From Owenia fusiformis (lineage: Eukaryota): 64,000 nt of DNA. Shown in pieces: positions 52,200-64,000 of this stretch (the first letter of the stretch is position 1; each line of letters begins with the position of its first letter). The stretch is taken from NCBI GenBank assembly GCA_903813345.2, contig CAIIXF020000001.1, positions 34,968,001 to 35,032,000 of the forward strand. Direction: 5' to 3'. Under the pieces are notes generated by a model. That model was given only the letters and a program-made list of their open reading frames with translations, was not told where the DNA came from and did no database searches. Made by a program: the position numbers and the translations under genes.

Positions 52200-52298
52200 A
52201 ATTTAAAAATTTAAAAAAAAATTATTCAAGGAAAATTTTTAATTTAAACTAAAATTCTTAATTCCGAAAAAATTCATGTCCCTTTTAAAGGCTTCGTA
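52200..52298. mobile_element. Orphan right end of a related IS3EU-type element
   Basis: atgtcccttttaaaggcttcgta matches the main TIR with a 1-nt insertion and is preceded by an AT-rich subterminal tract. Confidence 0.7.
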
Positions 52299-52639
52299 TT
52301 ACCACACTGATGTTAAATTCTGTTTTAAACTTATTAATGTATATGTTTAGGAGGTTAAAAGTCCTGTGACAAATGTGTATAACTGTGTATGGCATGCTCA
52401 ATCTACCTTTTTTGTTCACATTTTCTAATATAGATATGCAGTATACGCAGCTTCTCATACAATCACCCATTTTCACTGATACATCCGTACATTAGTCTAT
52501 TGAAGTTAATCCTGTATCAAGACTAGAATAAGCACTATAAAGGACTTCATCAATCAGTCAATACATCAATGTGCCTATTTTTTTATCAAGTGCTAATACA
52601 TCTTGGATTAGTGGTGGTTCATGTCGTTGTTGTAATTTT

Positions 52640-53400
52640 TATTTATTTTTTATTTATTTAATTGGACTACGCTTTTACAACAGCGTCACACAAAAATTGG
52701 TGCGTCCATGTAAGATACAGTTACATGAAGATAAAAATGTAGTTGGTATTATTTAAGACATTGCATTAATGAGTTGACTAAAAATCTTGATTAAAATCAT
52801 TGTTTTATTGATTAAAAAAATATTAAAATAATTTCAACTACACTTGTAGAGTGCCAGTAAGAAGTTTTAGTTACACTATCAAAGTTAAGTCCTCCTTCAT
52901 GTCCCCCAATTTTGAATGCCTCATCACCCAATAACCACTTATGTCTTGTCAAGAAGTTTGTCTTGATATAGGTATCTAGTATGGGTAGGGTATTATTTAC
53001 TTTAAGATCTTATGAAATTCATTTCTTTGCTCTTCATAGTGTTTGCAATGCAGTAATCTATGTTCAACAGTCTCAATATCCAAAGGACAGAAATCGCAGT
53101 GTGGATTGTTAGATGAGTGGTTTTTCCATTTATGGGTTTCATCATTTAATTGGAACCTACCATATCTTGCGAGGAGTTTTATTCGTGCACCTTGAAATTT
53201 AAAATCCTTTTCAAGGTAACGTTGGCATCCTTTTTTATCAACGAGTTGTCTGTACAAAGACAGTGATGACTTTTCACTAATTTCGTCTTTAATGTAACAT
53301 TAAATTTTTTGCTCAATATGCATTCTATACTTATAAAACACATTCTCCATGTCATGCCCTATCCCATTTAAATCCAATGAAGTTAAAATGTTATTCATGT
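52640..53400 (-). mobile_element. 3' fragment of a non-LTR retrotransposon
   Basis: LSLYRQL...CDFC..DIETVEHRLLHC C-terminal motif; A-rich tail near 52640. Confidence 0.7.
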
Positions 53401-55122
53401 TTTCAACAATTTTCCAAAAGTTCTTTTTACCTTTGTTGAACCTTTGTGTCATATTCGTAAGTAGAAGTCTCCATCTCACTTGTACCGTAGATATGTTTGG
53501 TTCTTGTTTTACATAATCTCTTTTTTCAACACTTGGCATGGCAATCCATATCTCACTTGGAAAACTACGGCCTTCAGGCAAATCAGTCCAAAAAACAGGA
53601 AAGGTTGAATAACTCGGTCAATTTTGCATATTCCGCCTTGAAATGCCAGAAATATTTAGGCTATTCAATGTGAATTTTGTTGTGAAAGTTTGATGATGAT
53701 TCACCTATTGAGTTGACTACTGTTTTTTGCAAAACATGCTAAGGAGGGCAATAACTACCCAAGTTCGTGCCATCCATGTTGATGTGTGTAGGAGGGTCAT
53801 CAACTACTTCATTTGAGGATTCAGTTGTGCATAGAGAGGAGAGGTGCCCACATGGAGCATGTTTTATAAAGTGTATCTGTTTACTCTCTTTGCATCACCT
53901 AACACTAAATTTAGTTGATCTATTTTAAGTACTTCAACAACAACAACGTGTTTACACTTTGCCTATACTAATCTGACGCTATCTCATTCCTAATCTCAGC
54001 ATTGTCTACAAATTGAGTTTTAACTAGGCTGTGAGAATCTCACCACCGCCTGATAAAAGGTGGATTTCAATACCGATACTGGTCTTGCTGTAGAAACAAA
54101 TCATGTAGAATCTGTGTATTCACAAGCTTTTTTCTGCTGTCCATGAGAACCATGAACATTATGACCTTGTGTTAATCCCAATGTAATTCTATACTCCAGA
54201 TACTAACATAATGACCAGTTGACTCAGTTTCAGTACTGAAGTTTAAAAAATAGTTAAATTTCCTCACCTGGCTTATCACACACTTCCAGATCAAAAGGTA
54301 TGATATATTTGAGAAGTTAATAAATCTCAGTATATGTAATCACTTGATACCAAACTATAACTCCCACTCCCAAGTTATCAAAAGTTAAAGCCTTCTCAGC
54401 CAGTCATGCTGAGGAAACTGGGTAGCAATTCCTTAAGGGCAACATCTGACAAAAACTTAGATCTGACTTCATTGAACACCCCTGCAAATTGTGCACTATA
54501 TTTTTTATACAAGCACTACAAACAAGCACAACTGATCAATCAATTATTGATTAAAAATTATAAAAAGGTCCCTTGATACAAGGTTTTAAGAATATCTCAC
54601 CGCTGCCACCATCATAAAATACTAGCTTGAAGTGAATCATAAATTAGGTAATGTGGGCCAGAACAAATGAAATTGGACTAGTACTTCATAAGAAATATAA
54701 GAAATCAACTAATAAGGTGAGTGATGAATAGGTTTCGGGAAAATGATATAATGATAGGTCAAGAGGATGAAGTTACAGGGTTAAAATATATAAACAAACC
54801 CACACAATTACAACACAGCTAGCTGTAAGGAGAATAAGGGGTTGGCTATTTTAAATTCCACTACTCCAACTACCAACTTATAGAAAACCACACAAGAAAT
54901 ATGTTCATACTATATTCTATTTAATACTTTTATGTTGCAACTGAAATATATATATACGATGTGAATAAATGTAAGTTAAAGTATATAGGTTATATTATAC
55001 ATAAATGCTCAATGTCTTTAAATCTATTTGAATAAATCTCAATAACATGGCAACTATTGACAATATTATGAGAATATTAAAATATTTAACATCTTTCATT
55101 GTTTTTATTGATTAACACTAGT

Positions 55123-56039
55123 TTAATGTCCTGGGTCCCTCTCCCAATAAAGTAACAAAACAAGGCATGTGCGGTTGGTTAGATGGCATAAGCTTGTCTG
55201 TTAGACTGGTCATCGCCGGGAGGGGTGTGAGTGTAGACACCGCGATCCCCGGGGTTACGATGGTCAGTCTAAGACGCTGCGTTTTAATAAAACCCATTGA
55301 CGCAACTCGACAGCCCCCGCCACCGATTTTTTTATGCACCAGTGTTTCAGGCAGGCATTTGATGTATGACAAACAAAACTAAAACATGCACCAGTGTTTC
55401 AGGCAGGCAAGTGAAGTTTGTAACATGCACCAGTGTTTCAGGCAGGCATGCAAGCTGTGCAGACAACAAGAAGCAAGGCACCCTTTTGGGGTAAGCCTGT
55501 TTTGACATGAAATTCCTGCCCCTCGTGGATAAGGCTGATGGTGTAGCATAAGAAAAGATGAATAAAATAAAATGAAACTGTTTAGAAAAACGAAGAAAAA
55601 AATAAGAAAAAGGGGAGAAGGTGGGTGGGTGAAAAACGCCAAACAGTGAAGAGTTCTTGATATGAACGGTTTTGTATAAAGTTAAGATGCTTGTATGTTG
55701 TGTGTTGACTTGCAGATCGAAATCATAAACTAGAAGGTGTGGTAAGCAAGGTGGGCATATCTGAATGGATGTGCAAAGGCGTAACATAATGGTCGATAGA
55801 CCAATCCCATTAACCAAATTTTAATTCAAAAACATAACATTAATGTCCTGGGTCCCTCTCCCAATAAAGTAACAAAACAAGGCGAGTGCGGTTGGTTAGA
55901 TGGCATAAGCTTGTCTGTTAGACTGGTCATCGCCGGGAGGGGTGTGAGTGTAGACACCGCGATCCCCGGGGTTACGATGGTCAGTCTAAGACGCTGCGTT
56001 TTAATAAAACCCATTGACGCAACTCGACAGCCCCCAAAC
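55123..56039. mobile_element. 917-bp insertion with ~195-bp terminal direct repeats and 7-bp TSD
   Basis: 55123-55318 recurs near-identically at 55840-56035; cactagt at both 55116-55122 and 56040-56046. Confidence 0.75.
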
Positions 56040-56089
56040 CACTAGTATTAACAAGTGTGATTTTCACTTGTGATCTTCAGGAACAGGAT

Positions 56090-56275
56090 CTTCCAATGAT
56101 TTAATGAGCTTTGTCCTGTTGAGTTTTTTGCCGTTGCTGTCATTAATAGTATGGGTCTCCCAGGCAGCAAACTATTTACCTCTTCCATAAAGTCAAGTCA
56201 TTCCCAAAATTCTTTTTCACCCTTTAAACTTCTAACTTAATTTGTCAACCTTAACAAGCATATCGTAACTACATC
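56090..56275 (-). pseudogene. RecQ-like SF2 helicase relic
   Basis: GEKEFWE*LDFMEEVNSLLPGRPILLMTATA resembles RecQ FR..Y..L..LR...P..P..ALTATA (motif III); contains stops. Confidence 0.4.
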
Positions 56276-56452
56276 CTAAGCATAGGATGTAATTCTATGT
56301 TTCAAATTAACCAACAGGCCTGAATGATAATAAGGTTATGTGATGGAATAAACCCGGGAGAATAGACTAGGCTAGATTAAATACATGTACACCCAAAATA
56401 CTTATAACAGGAAAATCACTGTATACATCAATTGGCTATCAATTTCAAATTT

Positions 56453-58089
56453 TTTTATCGCACTTTGAAAAAGTGCTTTATTGTCGTCGTCTTGTGCTGT
56501 TGGGCGGGCGGGCGGGATTGGCGGGCGGGCGGCACATAAACCAAATCTTGTCATCAAATTTCCAGGATAACTGCTTACCTGTTCAACTTGAAATTTTTAC
56601 AGATGCAAGAGCAGACTAGTACCAAGATCTGATTAGGTTAAGGGCATCCTGGGTGAACTACGTGGCGGCCATTTTGAATTTTTCAACAAATCTTGTCATA
56701 AAAATTCCAGGAAAACCACTTATCCGTTCAACTTGAAATTTTTACATATGCAAGAGCAGACTATTGCCAAGATCTGATTAGGTTTTGGGTATGCTGGCTG
56801 AATTACATGGTGGCCATTTTGAATTTTTCAATTTGGCGGCCATTTTGAATTTTTTAACTTGCTCCAAATTGACCAAATCTTTTTTTAAAAAACATCTACA
56901 AGTTCTCAGAAGTTCAAGTCTGACCTTAGATTTCAGATTTAACCTTTCGTTCACCTTCAGTGACCTTGAAAAGGTCAAAAAAGTTGATTTTCTAAATTGA
57001 TATTTTGGATTTAAATTTAGGTCAGCTTAATTACAAAACACCTACTGAGGTCTGAAAAAGTGAAATTTTCAAGGTCAAAGGTCAAGGTCATTAAACTTGG
57101 TCACAGATTTGACCTTTCATTCACCTTCAGTGACCTTGAAAAGGTCAAAAAAGTTGATTTTCTAAATTGATATTTTGGATTTAAATTTAGGTCAGCTTAA
57201 TTACAAAAGACCTACTGAGGTCTGAAATAGTGAAATTTTCAAGGTCGAAGGTCAAGGTCATTAAACTAGGTCACAAATGATGTTATCCAAGTTTCTCAAA
57301 GTTTGAGACTACAAATCAATTCTTGTCATCAAAATTCCAAGAAAACCGCTAACCTGTTCAACTTGAAATTTTTACACATGCAATAGCAGACTAGTGCCAA
57401 GATCTGATTAGGTTTAGGGCATGCTGGGTAAACTACGTGGCGGCCATTTTGAATTTTTCAACAAATCTTGTCATCAAAATTTCCAGGAAAACCACTTATC
57501 CGTTCAACTTGAAATTTTTACAGATGCAAGAGCAGACTATTGCCAAGATCTGATTAGGTTTTGGGTATGCTGGCTGAATTACATGGTGGCCCTTTTGAAT
57601 TTTTCAATTTGGTGGCCATTTTGAATTTTTCAACTTGCTCCAAATTGACCAAATTGTTTTTTTAAAAACATCTACAAGTTCTCAGAAGTTCAAATCTGAC
57701 CTTAGATTTCAGATTTGACCTTTCGTTGACCTTCAGTGACCTTGAAAAGGTCAAAAATTTAATTTTCTAAATTGATATTTTGGATTTAAATTTAGGTCAG
57801 CTTAATTACAAAACACCTACTGAGGTCTGAAAAAGTGAAATTTTCAAGGTCGAAGGTCATCAAATTAGGTCACAAACAATGTTTTATAAATTTTCCCAAA
57901 GTTCAAGACTACAAATAAATTCTTGTCATCAAAATTGCAGGAAAACCGCAAACCTTGTCAACTTGAAATGTTTACAGATGCAAGAGCAGACTAGTGCCAA
58001 GGTCTGATTAGGTTTTGGCCATGCTGGGTAAATTGCATGGTGGCCAGTTTGCTCTTTAAAGTGCGATATTTATCACTGTGTGTCTTGTC
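56453..58089 (+). mobile_element. Helentron-type non-autonomous element family C with internal tandem modules
   Basis: ttttatcgcactttgaaaaagtgc head, (GGGC)n microsatellite, repeated ~120-bp modules, subterminal inverse aaagtgcgata and tail atcactgtgtgtcttgt. Confidence 0.8.
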
Positions 58090-58424
58090 TTCAACATGTA
58101 TTGTAATAACTTCAGTATGAATGAAATGTCCCTTGGTCTTCTGGTCTTGAATTGTGATATTGGTTCTTGAATGGTGGGGGGAAAGGGGGTATTAGACATT
58201 GTTTCTTTTCACGTTAGATCATGGTTTTGGGCAATATGGGGTTTGTTTTTCTTGACTGGTATGCACTTAGAGTTTGCTTTTTCTTGCTAAGTTCCATTAC
58301 AACTTTTGGTCCTTTCCCTTTGGCACTTGTGCTTATATATTGTCCCTTAATGTACATTATAGTCAATATTTACAATAATACAAAAACATTATTTACAAAC
58401 CCTTATTTCCTACTCATTATTCTC

Positions 58425-59212
58425 ACTGTCAGATCTGCCAGCCTGAATCCCTGATATGTTGAACTGAAAGTATTATCTTTGTAAGGCAGCAACTGGATGA
58501 CTTCACTCTGTTTTCTACCTCAGGATAGCCCCATGCCCATCTCACCATCTGTATTTGCTGATAGATAAATCAAATGATATTTTAAATTGTTCTTATAAGC
58601 CAAGTTATTATATTCTACCAATGAATATATTCTACCAATAAATAAAGGAACTTTCTTGTTTCTTTTTATTTCTCTCATAAACCTTATTGACCTAACCTAG
58701 TTGTGTATGTAAAAAGTATAATGCATTATACGAAACAATGAACAGTTTTATTTTTCTCAGCTTACACTTTGTGGATCAATATGTAACTTACTGTTCAAGG
58801 TTTCAGGATTCTATTTCCCTTGCCTCTACCCAATGTTCTCTTCTGAACTGGTAGTATGATGTCTCTAAAACTTCAGGCTGTAAACAAACTAGCTCAAATC
58901 CCTTTGTGTTAGCAAGACAATACGACTCATTGCCATACCTGAAAAATATAACAACAATAACATAAAACTGTTTCATATAGACATCACTGGCGGTAATTTT
59001 AACTCATATGACAGTAAAACAGGCAAATAGCTTGGAATTTATCCTCTCAATTTATTCTGTATTTTCTCACTTGCACTTGCTTATTCTGTTTAAAATACCT
59101 CTCATTCTGTTCCATTAATTTACGTGATGTCTGATGATATCCCTCCTTTTCCCTACAACACCTTGATTCTGAATCATTGTTCATGGTTTCACAAAATTAA
59201 CCTCATTCACAC
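58425..59212 (-). pseudogene. P2X7 C-terminal (ballast/Zcd, nanor/KolX-like) domain gene relic, 3 exons
   Basis: Exon 59212-59099 (CE*G*FCETMNNDSESRCCRE), exon 58938-58792 (YCLANTKGFELVCLQPEVLETSYYQFR), exon ~58557-58425 (MVRWAWGY...SCC..KI...YQGF); stops and frameshifts present. Confidence 0.7.
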
Positions 59213-59321
59213 CTGGAAGAGTCAAGACACAAAGCTGTAAATCTCTTAATTATTACTGATGAAAAATCATTTTCGTAAACAATAGCAAGAATAGTGTCTG
59301 CTAATATACGATTCTTGTTAA

Positions 59322-59995
59322 TAGATAAGATAAGATAGTACTTTATTGTTCCGTATCTCCTTCTGGAGTATTGGTAATTTACAATAAAGAAACATGCATA
59401 CATAAAATAAAGGTATAATATATATGGTTGTTTACAAAAACATGCATACAAAGACACAAAGGGTATAATAATTTTTATGTGCAGTATATAAATGAGATAA
59501 TCATATTGCTTGCTTACTTGGCATCACCTTTCTTTTGGAACCATTTCAGTAAATCATTTTTATTTCTCAGTATTTTATGAGTGTCAACAGTAAGGTTCAT
59601 TTTGTTTAGGAATTCACCCCATGGATTCATTAGTTCATTATCGTGGCTCATAAGTAGATAACTAAATAGCTGTTTGTTATTAAATTGTATAAATTGTTCT
59701 TTAATCTGTCTTATACCAGAAATAAAGTCTTTGCGTATATTTATAAGTTTTTCATAGTTGCATTTGAAAAGTACATGGTACTCATCACCAATTTCTTTGG
59801 AGTCACATAAATAGCAATATCGCTTTTCTTTTGCAATTTTGAATCTCCTTCCCATTTCTATAGGAAAGTTATGACATGATATCCTAGTCCTTGTTATAGC
59901 CTTTCTGTGGGAATCATTATTAATATTAAGGTATTTCTCTTGTTTATACATTTTCTTTACTGTTCTATACACTCTGGTTTTAGATGGTATATTTT
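59322..59995 (-). mobile_element. 3' fragment of an RTE-X-like LINE
   Basis: EKYL...RKAITRTRISCHNFPIEMGR...CYLC...IGDEYHVLFKC; (TATCT)n-like tail near 59322-59340. Confidence 0.85.
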
Positions 59996-61129
59996 CAGCT
60001 ACATTGATTTTTTGGATGTAATGTTTTATACATGATCATAATTAATTTCCCCATCCTAGAGATCTTACAAAACTCACTAAAAGCAAAAATGGTTTAAATC
60101 AAATATTACATATTCAGTTTCAGAATTGTCTGATATCAGTTTCACATACTATATAATATATATAGTAACTATATAAAATGCACTGATATCAATATTTTAG
60201 TGTTCAACTTGCTCAACAGAGCAATATTTTATAGCCTAACGCCAGATTAAAAAAAATATATAAAACCAACATCAATATCAAAATTTAATGTTATGAAAAA
60301 ATGGGAACAAAAGCCATTGCTACATGATTGGACTGATGTAATAAACAGCCAATCAATAGCTTTGATTTATTGTTAACCCATGGTATCATCAATAATACAA
60401 TCAAAATGCACAATCAAAAAATATGTTTTGAAGGGAAACTTGACATAACCATTTTTATATGATTCAAATGATACAATCACTAATTAAGTTTCCTTTAGTA
60501 ATATCTTTCCTTAACTTCAAAAATGATATTCAGCCTACCAATTAATATATCCATGATTAAAAGAGACTGAAAATCATGGTACAATTTCTTCAATGAAGGT
60601 AAATTTTGAACTAAGAGATCTGTGCAATCAACAGGTAATGCAGTTAAAATCTGATCTTTTAACAGCCACATAGCACATTGATAAATAATATCTAATTGAT
60701 AAATAATTAAAGGTTAATAAGATGAATAATTGAAACTTGTTTGCATTAAGATTACAGAACAATATTTAAATCTGAACACTGCGCAGTGGTATTCGAAGAA
60801 TTGTTTTATACCAAGAGTTGATGCACTGAGGGGTTAAACCTTAAGGGGTCATTAAGAAAACACATTTCTGGCCTCATTTATAATAATACTGCAAGCTATT
60901 CATTATAATCAGACCAATAAACATGCCAATAACTCCGAATTAAACTTATAGACATCTCAATCTCATTTCCACAAAACATAGCGAAACAAAGTTTAGCAAC
61001 ATCTACTTATTAATGGCTTCACTGAATCACTTCTTCATTAATGTAAGTTCACCTTTAAGATGTGAAAACGTCTGAAATAAAAATTTTCTATGAAACACAA
61101 AAGATGCTGTTGTTAAAAGGTACACCCTA

Positions 61130-62520
61130 CTTAGCATGTAACATGTTAGAAACTTTCTTGACAATTCTGTTCCATTGCCTCTTGTGGAGAAATCCCCCCC
61201 CCCCTGCTTCCTTACTGAGGCAAATGGCTTCAGTGCATTCCTTTTTTCAAGGAGTAACTTTCCTCTAAAAAGACTTTTTCAAATATTTCTTTAATTCATC
61301 AATCCCTTCAGATGTCCATTTCTGAGGGGAGGTAGATTTGGCTTTTTCTTGTTACACTTGCCATTGGGAAAGTTTTTCTTCTTTGGCCTTTCTGTCGAGG
61401 AATCTGATAAAGCATCATCATAGCTGATGTCCAAAGTTCCTCATTTCCTTTTTGTAGGGACAAGCCTGTCATCACTTTACCCATCCTTTCTTGTGTTTTC
61501 AGCTTGCACTGTTGAGGAATCTGATAAAGCATCCTCACTGACGTCCAAAGGTATTTGTTTCCTTTTTCTGGAGGCAGGCCTCCCACCACTTGACCCTTTC
61601 TTCCCTGGCCTTTTAGTTTGTGCATGTGACAACTGATCATTGGCATTTTCATATTTGTCTGTAATTTGTTCATCAATCACAGGGGTTATCTTCTGGTATG
61701 TCTTGATAACATCTGCAAATTGAATGTCATTAAGCGATTTCCCTACAAACTGATCCTGAATGTTCAAATCTTGAATCATCAATATTTTCCCAACTTGGAA
61801 TCTTTCAAGAAATGTGCTAGTTTGTCTATAGTGCTGAAGATGAACATTTTGTGTGTGGCTAAGATGGCGGCAAACCCAGTCTAACTGGTTTGGGTTTAGG
61901 TTTATTACTTGTGAAAGAGTCGCCATGTACTTCCGCATGCTTACACTTGTTATTTGCTGTGGTGTTTCCAGCTTCGCTTACCCACACACTTTCTTCAGTG
62001 AATCATATGCTCGTATTACAGAGTCATCCATATTTGGAAAGAGAAACTTGTTCTTTGGTTTGATTCCAACTTTCTTGCGTACATCGGGGTCGGCAATAAA
62101 CTCCAAAGTCTTAACTGTATCTTGGGGAATTAGGACAGGAACTGGTTTAGCTTTTTCCCCTCTTGTTTCCATCATATCTTGAGATTTCAGAAGAAACTTT
62201 TCAGTTTCACTCAGGTCTCCCATCAATCCTTGATCTACACCTTTTAGTTTTAATCCTGTCCGCTTATTGTAATTTTCAAGCAAGATTGCTTCAAGTTCTC
62301 CAGATCGCCTTTTGTTGTAGGTTAACAGCCGAGACTGAACTAATACAGCAATATCTCTGAATTCTCTCCAAGTTACAGCATTCTTGGAAAGTTCAACATC
62401 ATTTAGCTTGCTGACTAGAAATTTCTCAACATCAGCTGGTTGATGGAGGTTCCTGGTGGTGTTGAGTCTTCGTTCATTCATGAGTTTCCTTGCCCTCCGT
62501 GTAATGGTATCTGGTCAACT
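61130..62520 (-). pseudogene. Tyrosine recombinase-like pseudogene (animal Crypton-like / SET-associated family)
   Basis: ORFs 61978-62481 and 61477-61938 are in the same frame, split by one TAA; LLTYNKRRSGE, RGEKAKPVPVLIP, NKFLF, SMRKYMAT, HLSHTQNVHLQHYRQ; decayed C-terminus with WTSEGIDELK. Confidence 0.78.
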
Positions 62521-64000
62521 TGAGTAAAATATGTAACCAGCGTCTCATTTAAATATGTAGCGTACAATGAGAAATTGACATGATTTGCAAAATGTCCCTG
62601 AACTGACACGGCCTTATGTCCATAAAGTTAATAGTCCTGATGCAAACCCCAGTGCGAATAGGGTATGGGAAAGTCTCCAGTAGATGGTATAAAGGCACCC
62701 AATGTCAAAACTTAAGCTGGCAATTAATTAAGACAGGTTGAAAGAAACTTAGCCAAGCTCTCATTGATACTGCTATATCAGCAAGGCGACTAAGATTAAA
62801 AGCTATCATTAAAGAGGGTGGCGGACCAATTGAACTCCTCTTTTAGATCAAATATAATGCAAGTTGAAGGACCTGTCACATTATATTATTACTTAGAAAC
62901 CTTGGCACTATATAACTGCAACATTTGGTGAGTAGGGTGGAAATGAAAAAGTGACGTTTTTTTGGCCCACCATGTATATTGCAGAATGTTTTCAAAAATA
63001 TTTTATAAAATACATGTATTGGAAAACTTAAATTATATACTTGAACATAATTCGAACGAATTAAACTCCTAATATCTACTGTCCATTGGTTATGTCACAA
63101 ATTATATCACCCTATGAAATTTTTTCAGATGTCTTTTATAGTTTGATTGATCTTTGAATTCAGTTTGACAATTTTCACATACAATCATTTTTCTGGTCCC
63201 GTGTTTAGATGCTACATATTTTTCAAGTATTCCCTGCTTTTAAAAGTCTTTGGTTCACAATCCAAACCTTCCGTTTGGCAAACTTCGCAGAAATACTCCG
63301 TATCTTTGCAGTGCAAACGTGCATGTCGTTTGAGCTTATCCTTACGAGCAAAGTTTTTGTCGCATGTTGTACATTTATGTTCATAATCTTTCTGCGGGAT
63401 ATGCTTTGCATGTATATGCCTAGACAGATGTTCCTTTCTGGTGTATTTTGTTTCACATCTGTCGCAGGTATATGTATGATAATCCTAAATAAATCTAACT
63501 ACGAATACAACTTGTTATCAATTCCTAACCCATTTTAATTGAGGAGAAAATGGGAAAATTTGGATATAAAGTGGAGTAACATCTCTCATCATGTCGTATA
63601 GACATTTTGCTCCCCCCCCCTCCGTCCCCTCCCCCCTCCGTCCCATTTTAATTATTTTCGATTTATACAACGTATGGAAACATATTTTGTAAAGTCATTA
63701 AGGTCATTAATTTTATGATGATAATGTCACTTACAAATATTTATTGCAGGTTGTGTAGACCGTTGATGCTTGATTTAAAGCAAAAACATTGACTTTTGCA
63801 CGTTGGTGGCAGCTTTGTTAATTTTTCTACCAGAAATTGCTTGCTCCCCCCCTCCATCCCATTTTCACAATCACCGGGCGTGGTCATGTGGGATCAAATA
63901 ACTCTTTATAATTAAATAAGAATGATTTAGAATGATTTTGATTCATTTTATATTGACTTTATATAGAATTGGAATTATACTATGTCTTTAAGAAATGAAT

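Noticed and set aside
55115..56014. Duplicated ORFs MGFIKTQRLRL... and a possible hammerhead or twister ribozyme
   Set aside because: The ORFs only reflect the direct repeat; canonical CUGANGA/GAAA or twister core sequences were not found

Overview
AT-rich, intron-rich animal DNA; the repeat families suggest a lophotrochozoan such as a mollusc, which is an inference. The host gene is an FGGY carbohydrate kinase on the + strand. Eight internal exons lie at 3230-21148; the 5' exons and the last exon(s) were not found in the window. The main discovery is a complete 22.2-kb DNA transposon at 29562-51761, with 22-bp TIRs (TAC...GTA) and a 6-bp GCCCTG target-site duplication. It carries two intact, convergent, spliced genes: a 390-aa IS3EU-type DDE integrase/transposase (+) and an 11-coding-exon, ~592-aa zinc-ribbon/HECT E3 ubiquitin ligase (-) whose HECT domain is unusually short. 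Around it lie minus-strand relics of other mobile-element genes: an OTU deubiquitinase exon, an OB-fold exon, a P2X7-C-terminal/KolX-like gene, a RecQ-like fragment, a tyrosine recombinase pseudogene and RTE-X-like LINE fragments. There are also many nested non-autonomous elements (Helentron-type, mariner/Tc1, MULE-like, Transib-like, hairpin/Crypton-like) and a 917-bp partial-tandem insertion with a structured-RNA-like repeat. All calls come from reading the sequence by eye; no database searches were run.
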